NCBI GenBank assembly: GCA_038131655.1
Contig: JAYPPT010000002.1
Span: 52,517-116,516, forward strand
DNA: 64,000 nucleotides
Source: Alphaproteobacteria bacterium
GTDB lineage: Bacteria; Pseudomonadota; Alphaproteobacteria; SMXQ01
Reading direction: 5' to 3'
The translations under genes were made by a program, and so were the position numbers. Below the pieces are notes generated by a model. That model searched no databases and was not told where the DNA came from. It was given only the letters and a program-made list of their open reading frames with translations. Of the stretch, positions 60,896 through 64,000 are shown in pieces. Every line of letters starts with the position of its first letter. Position 1 is the first letter of the stretch.

Positions 60896-63070
60896 TCAGG
60901 ATCCGGTGCCGGACAGAACCACCAGCGCATCCAGCGCCAGCGCGCCCCGGCCTTCGGGCAGGGCGACCAGGGGATTGATATCCACCGCCTCGATAATGTC
61001 GCCGGAATGGGCGGCCAGCGCGCCGAGCGCGACGATGGCGTCGATCACGGCTTCGCGGTCGAGCGCAGGTGCCCCGCGCCAGCCCGCCAGCAATTTTCCG
61101 GCGCGGGTGGCGTCGATCATCGCGGCGGCTTCCGCCCGGTTCAGCCCGGCGCGGCCGAAGGCCACGTCCTTGTATAGCTCCAGCATGACGCCACCCATGC
61201 CGAACATGACCACCGGGCCCATTTCCGCATCGCGGGAAATGCCGAGCGCCAGTTCCGCCCCGCCGGTCACCTGCTCGGCGACCAGGAATCCTTCCAGCTT
61301 TGTGCCCGGCGCGTAGGCTTCGACATTACCGGCAATGGTCGCGCAGGCGGCTTTTACAGCTGCCGCGTCGGCGAGGTTCAGCATCACCGCGCCCGCTTCG
61401 GTCTTGTGGGCCAGCGTCGGGGCCACGCCCTTGATGACGACGGGATAGCCCATCGCGTCCGCGGCCCCGGCGGCGGACTGCGGATCGTTGGCGAGGGTTT
61501 CGCGTGCCGCCCGGAGACCCCAGGGCGGCAGCAGCGCCTTGGATTGCGCTTCGCTCAGGGTGCGCGGGCCATCGCCGCGGGCCTCGGCCAGTTCGCGCAA
61601 GCGCGCCAGTGCCTCGGCACCGGCCTTGGGACCGGGGCCTGCTTCGGCGCGGGTGCGCCGGGCGATCTGGTCGTTGAACCGCTGGACGACGCGAAAGGCG
61701 CGGTCGGGCTCACTGAGGTAGGGCAGATGCGCGAGGCCGGCCCGCAGGCTTTTCGCGTGGGCGCTGGGGCTGACATTGACCGGCGTGAACAGCGCGAGCG
61801 GCGGGCGGTTCTCGCGCTCCTTGGTCCATTTCGCGACCCCGCGCAGGTTGGATTCTTTTCGTTCAATACCGGGGACTTGCGGGATTTCCTCGCCAAGAAG
61901 AATCAACCCGACTTCCGGGTCATCGGCGAGCGCGTCGAGACAGGCGAGATAGTTTTCGGTACGGATCGTCTGCTTGGTATCCACCGGGTTTCCGCGCGGC
62001 GCATCGGCGGCAAGCTGTTCGGAAATGCGGGCCTGGGTGGTTTCGGAAAACCGGGCCAGCGGCACACCGGCGCGGGCCGCGGATTCGGAAACCAGGCTTT
62101 TCAGCGCGCCGGAATTGCTGACCACCGCGACGGCGGGGCCGCGTGGTGGCGCGGCGCGCACTGCGTATTCCAGCGCCTCGACCGCGTCTTCCAGGCAATC
62201 GAACCGGGTCACCCCGGCGGCGCCGGCAACCGCATCGAAAGCTTCGACCGCACCCGCCAGCGATCCCGTATGGGCGAGCGCTGCCGCCCGGCCCGCGTCC
62301 GAACCGCCGATCTTGACCGCGAGCACGGCCTTGCCCGCGGCCTGCGCCGTGCGGCAGGCGTCGAGGAAGTCGTCCACCCGCGCCACCTGTTCGAGGTAGA
62401 GCAGGATGGCGCGAACCTGGGGTTCACCGGCCATGAAGCGAATGTAGTCGCCGGCGGCGAGACCCACCTGGTTACCGCAGGAAATCAGGTAGGAGGGCAT
62501 CATAGCGCGTTCGGCGAGAATGCGGTTCAGCGCCACGCAAAGACCGCCCGACTGGGCGATGACGGCGACGGGGCCGGGTTCGATCCCGCCCAACCCGTCG
62601 TCGGGCAGGGTGACGGCGCGCGACGGCGCCGCGACGTTGCCGAGGCAATTGGGGCCGCACAGCGCGATCCCGGTTTCCTCGACAACCTTGGCCAGTTCGC
62701 GGGCGCGTTCGCGCCCCTTGGGATCATTGCCTTCGCCGAAGCCGCCGGCGAAAACAAGCGCCGAGCGCGCACCCGCCGCCGCCGCTTTGCGCAACAGGCC
62801 GGGGACAAGATCCGCGGGCAGGAACGACAGAATGTGATCGGGTGCTTCGGGCAGGGCGGCGACATTGGGGAAGCAGGGCACGTCCCAGATCGTCTCGCGC
62901 TTGGGATTGACGGGATAGACCCCACCGGGGAAACCGAAACGGCGAAGGTTCTCGTAAACGCGTCCGGACCAGTGGCGGGGGCGGTCGGAAGCGCCGACCA
63001 GGACGATATTGCGGGGGCGTAGAAGCGCGCCGGCGTCGTGATGCACGACAGGCGGGGTACGGGTAGTCAC
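60896..63070 (-). CDS. Acyl-CoA synthetase (NDP-forming): CoA-binding plus ATP-grasp fused subunits
   Basis: GTG start after GAGGAT. N-terminal CoA-binding / succinyl-CoA-synthetase-like alpha domains (NIVLVGASDRP..., GPNCLG). C-terminal ATP-grasp (GYPVVIKGVAPTLAHKTEAGAV). Confidence 0.75.
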   Translation of the reverse strand: MTTRTPPVVHHDAGALLRPRNIVLVGASDRPRHWSGRVYENLRRFGFPGGVYPVNPKRETIWDVPCFPNVAALPEAPDHILSFLPADLVPGLLRKAAAAGARSALVFAGGFGEGNDPKGRERARELAKVVEETGIALCGPNCLGNVAAPSRAVTLPDDGLGGIEPGPVAVIAQSGGLCVALNRILAERAMMPSYLISCGNQVGLAAGDYIRFMAGEPQVRAILLYLEQVARVDDFLDACRTAQAAGKAVLAVKIGGSDAGRAAALAHTGSLAGAVEAFDAVAGAAGVTRFDCLEDAVEALEYAVRAAPPRGPAVAVVSNSGALKSLVSESAARAGVPLARFSETTQARISEQLAADAPRGNPVDTKQTIRTENYLACLDALADDPEVGLILLGEEIPQVPGIERKESNLRGVAKWTKERENRPPLALFTPVNVSPSAHAKSLRAGLAHLPYLSEPDRAFRVVQRFNDQIARRTRAEAGPGPKAGAEALARLRELAEARGDGPRTLSEAQSKALLPPWGLRAARETLANDPQSAAGAADAMGYPVVIKGVAPTLAHKTEAGAVMLNLADAAAVKAACATIAGNVEAYAPGTKLEGFLVAEQVTGGAELALGISRDAEMGPVVMFGMGGVMLELYKDVAFGRAGLNRAEAAAMIDATRAGKLLAGWRGAPALDREAVIDAIVALGALAAHSGDIIEAVDINPLVALPEGRGALALDALVVLSGTGS

Positions 63071-63083
63071 GGTAATCCTCGGG

Positions 63084-64000
63084 TCAGGGCTGCATGAACA
63101 GGCAGCTCGCGTTGCCGCCGCTGGTGCGGGCGATGTGGGGTCGGTCCTCGAACAGGCCGGGCAGAACCTTGCGGATGCGCCGGGAATTGGCGTGGTCGGG
63201 GAAACGGGCGAGGTAGGCTTCGGTCCAGGCCATGTGATGCCAGCGTCCACGCGGCTCGGTAAAGCGCAGGTCCTGTTCGCGCCAGTCGAGTCCGGGACCC
63301 GGTGCGCGGTTCACCTTGGCATAAGGGTGAACGATGACCGGCCGCTCAATGCCGTCGAGCAGGAAACGGATGGCGCGGTGCAACGACCGTCCCTCGATTT
63401 CCATGCCGTAGAGGTCGTGCCCCTGGCGTGCCGCGGTTTCGGCGATGGTGGTCAGCATGCCGACGGCATAATTCTGATACCAAAGCGCCCGCGAACCGCG
63501 CTGGGTTTCGAGCGGCAGGGAGCCATCGGCGCGCATCTGGCGCAGGGCCACGCGGAAACGCTGGATCCCCTTGCGGTAGCGCGTGTCATCACCGCTGGCC
63601 GTGCCCCACATGATGTTCACGGCATCGCGCAAGTAGCGATGATTGTTGCAATTGCTGGTGTCCTGGTTGGCGGGGCAGTTGAGGATGCGCTTCGCGCGAT
63701 TGCGCCCGCCGGTGTTGGTGTCGGCCAGGTTCACCATTTTTTCGACCCAGCCATTCACCTTGGCGCGCTGGTCGGGGGGCACGCGGGCATCGTCGCGAAT
63801 CGCCACCCAGTTGGGGATCAGGGCGGCAAGCGAACGCTTGAGGCCGAAGGTCACGGATGTGTTGGAGCCGGCGACATCATCGATCAATTGTGTCATCGCC
63901 CCGGCATCGGCCCAACGCGTAAGCAGGCTCATGAAGGTATCGAGCGCGGGGCGGGAGTTGGTGCCGAAGGCATTTGCACTGTGGACGACCACGGCCCAGT
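63084..64000 (-). CDS. Alginate-lyase-like (PL5-type) polysaccharide lyase, 5' end beyond the window
   Basis: Motifs NNHRY and WYQNYA match the PL5 NNHSYW / WLEPYCALY signatures loosely. The ORF runs to the window edge. Confidence 0.5.
   Translation of the reverse strand, partial: WAVVVHSANAFGTNSRPALDTFMSLLTRWADAGAMTQLIDDVAGSNTSVTFGLKRSLAALIPNWVAIRDDARVPPDQRAKVNGWVEKMVNLADTNTGGRNRAKRILNCPANQDTSNCNNHRYLRDAVNIMWGTASGDDTRYRKGIQRFRVALRQMRADGSLPLETQRGSRALWYQNYAVGMLTTIAETAARQGHDLYGMEIEGRSLHRAIRFLLDGIERPVIVHPYAKVNRAPGPGLDWREQDLRFTEPRGRWHHMAWTEAYLARFPDHANSRRIRKVLPGLFEDRPHIARTSGGNASCLFMQP

Noticed and set aside
1-64000. CRISPR arrays, rRNA genes, IS elements
   Set aside because: No regularly spaced direct repeats, rRNA-like sequence or transposase-like ORFs were seen anywhere in the window.

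Overview
GC-rich (~64-65%) chromosomal segment, most consistent with an alphaproteobacterium (Rhodospirillales-like gene content and order; low-confidence guess). The first ~42 kb is a conserved housekeeping backbone: clpA 3' end, nrdJ, the accC-accB-aroQ operon, a thiS-thiG fusion, ornithine decarboxylase, maiA, an M48 protease, ggt, rne, amiC, mrcA, prfB, glnE, an AsmA-like protein, tyrS, anmK, and a cysE / Rrf2 / cysteine desulfurase / ferredoxin / mnmA sulfur-transfer cluster. A tRNA-Met(CAT) at 42.29 kb marks the start of an accessory-looking region (42.4-60.9 kb). That region holds six tandem paralogous periplasmic TctC/Bug-family binding proteins, each with a conserved ~80-90 aa Lys-rich C-terminal extension carrying two invariant cysteines, plus one stand-alone degenerate copy of the extension. 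No tctA/tctB partners are present. Catabolic-type enzymes are interleaved with the array: a cupin, two alpha/beta-hydrolases, a VOC/glyoxalase, and a bicupin / EutA-like reactivase / UbiD-decarboxylase operon, followed by an acyl-CoA dehydrogenase. After that come OmpW and a low-GC orphan membrane protein. Several conserved genes carry reading-frame lesions that map to homopolymer runs: rne (one), tyrS (one 2-nt deletion), anmK (at least four) and prfB (at least seven in the first 400 nt). ompW has TGG changed to TAG. All very long genes (nrdJ, mrcA, glnE, asmA-like) are intact, so these lesions look like localised sequence-quality artefacts rather than real pseudogenes, but this needs checking. 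No CRISPR array, integrase or transposase was seen.
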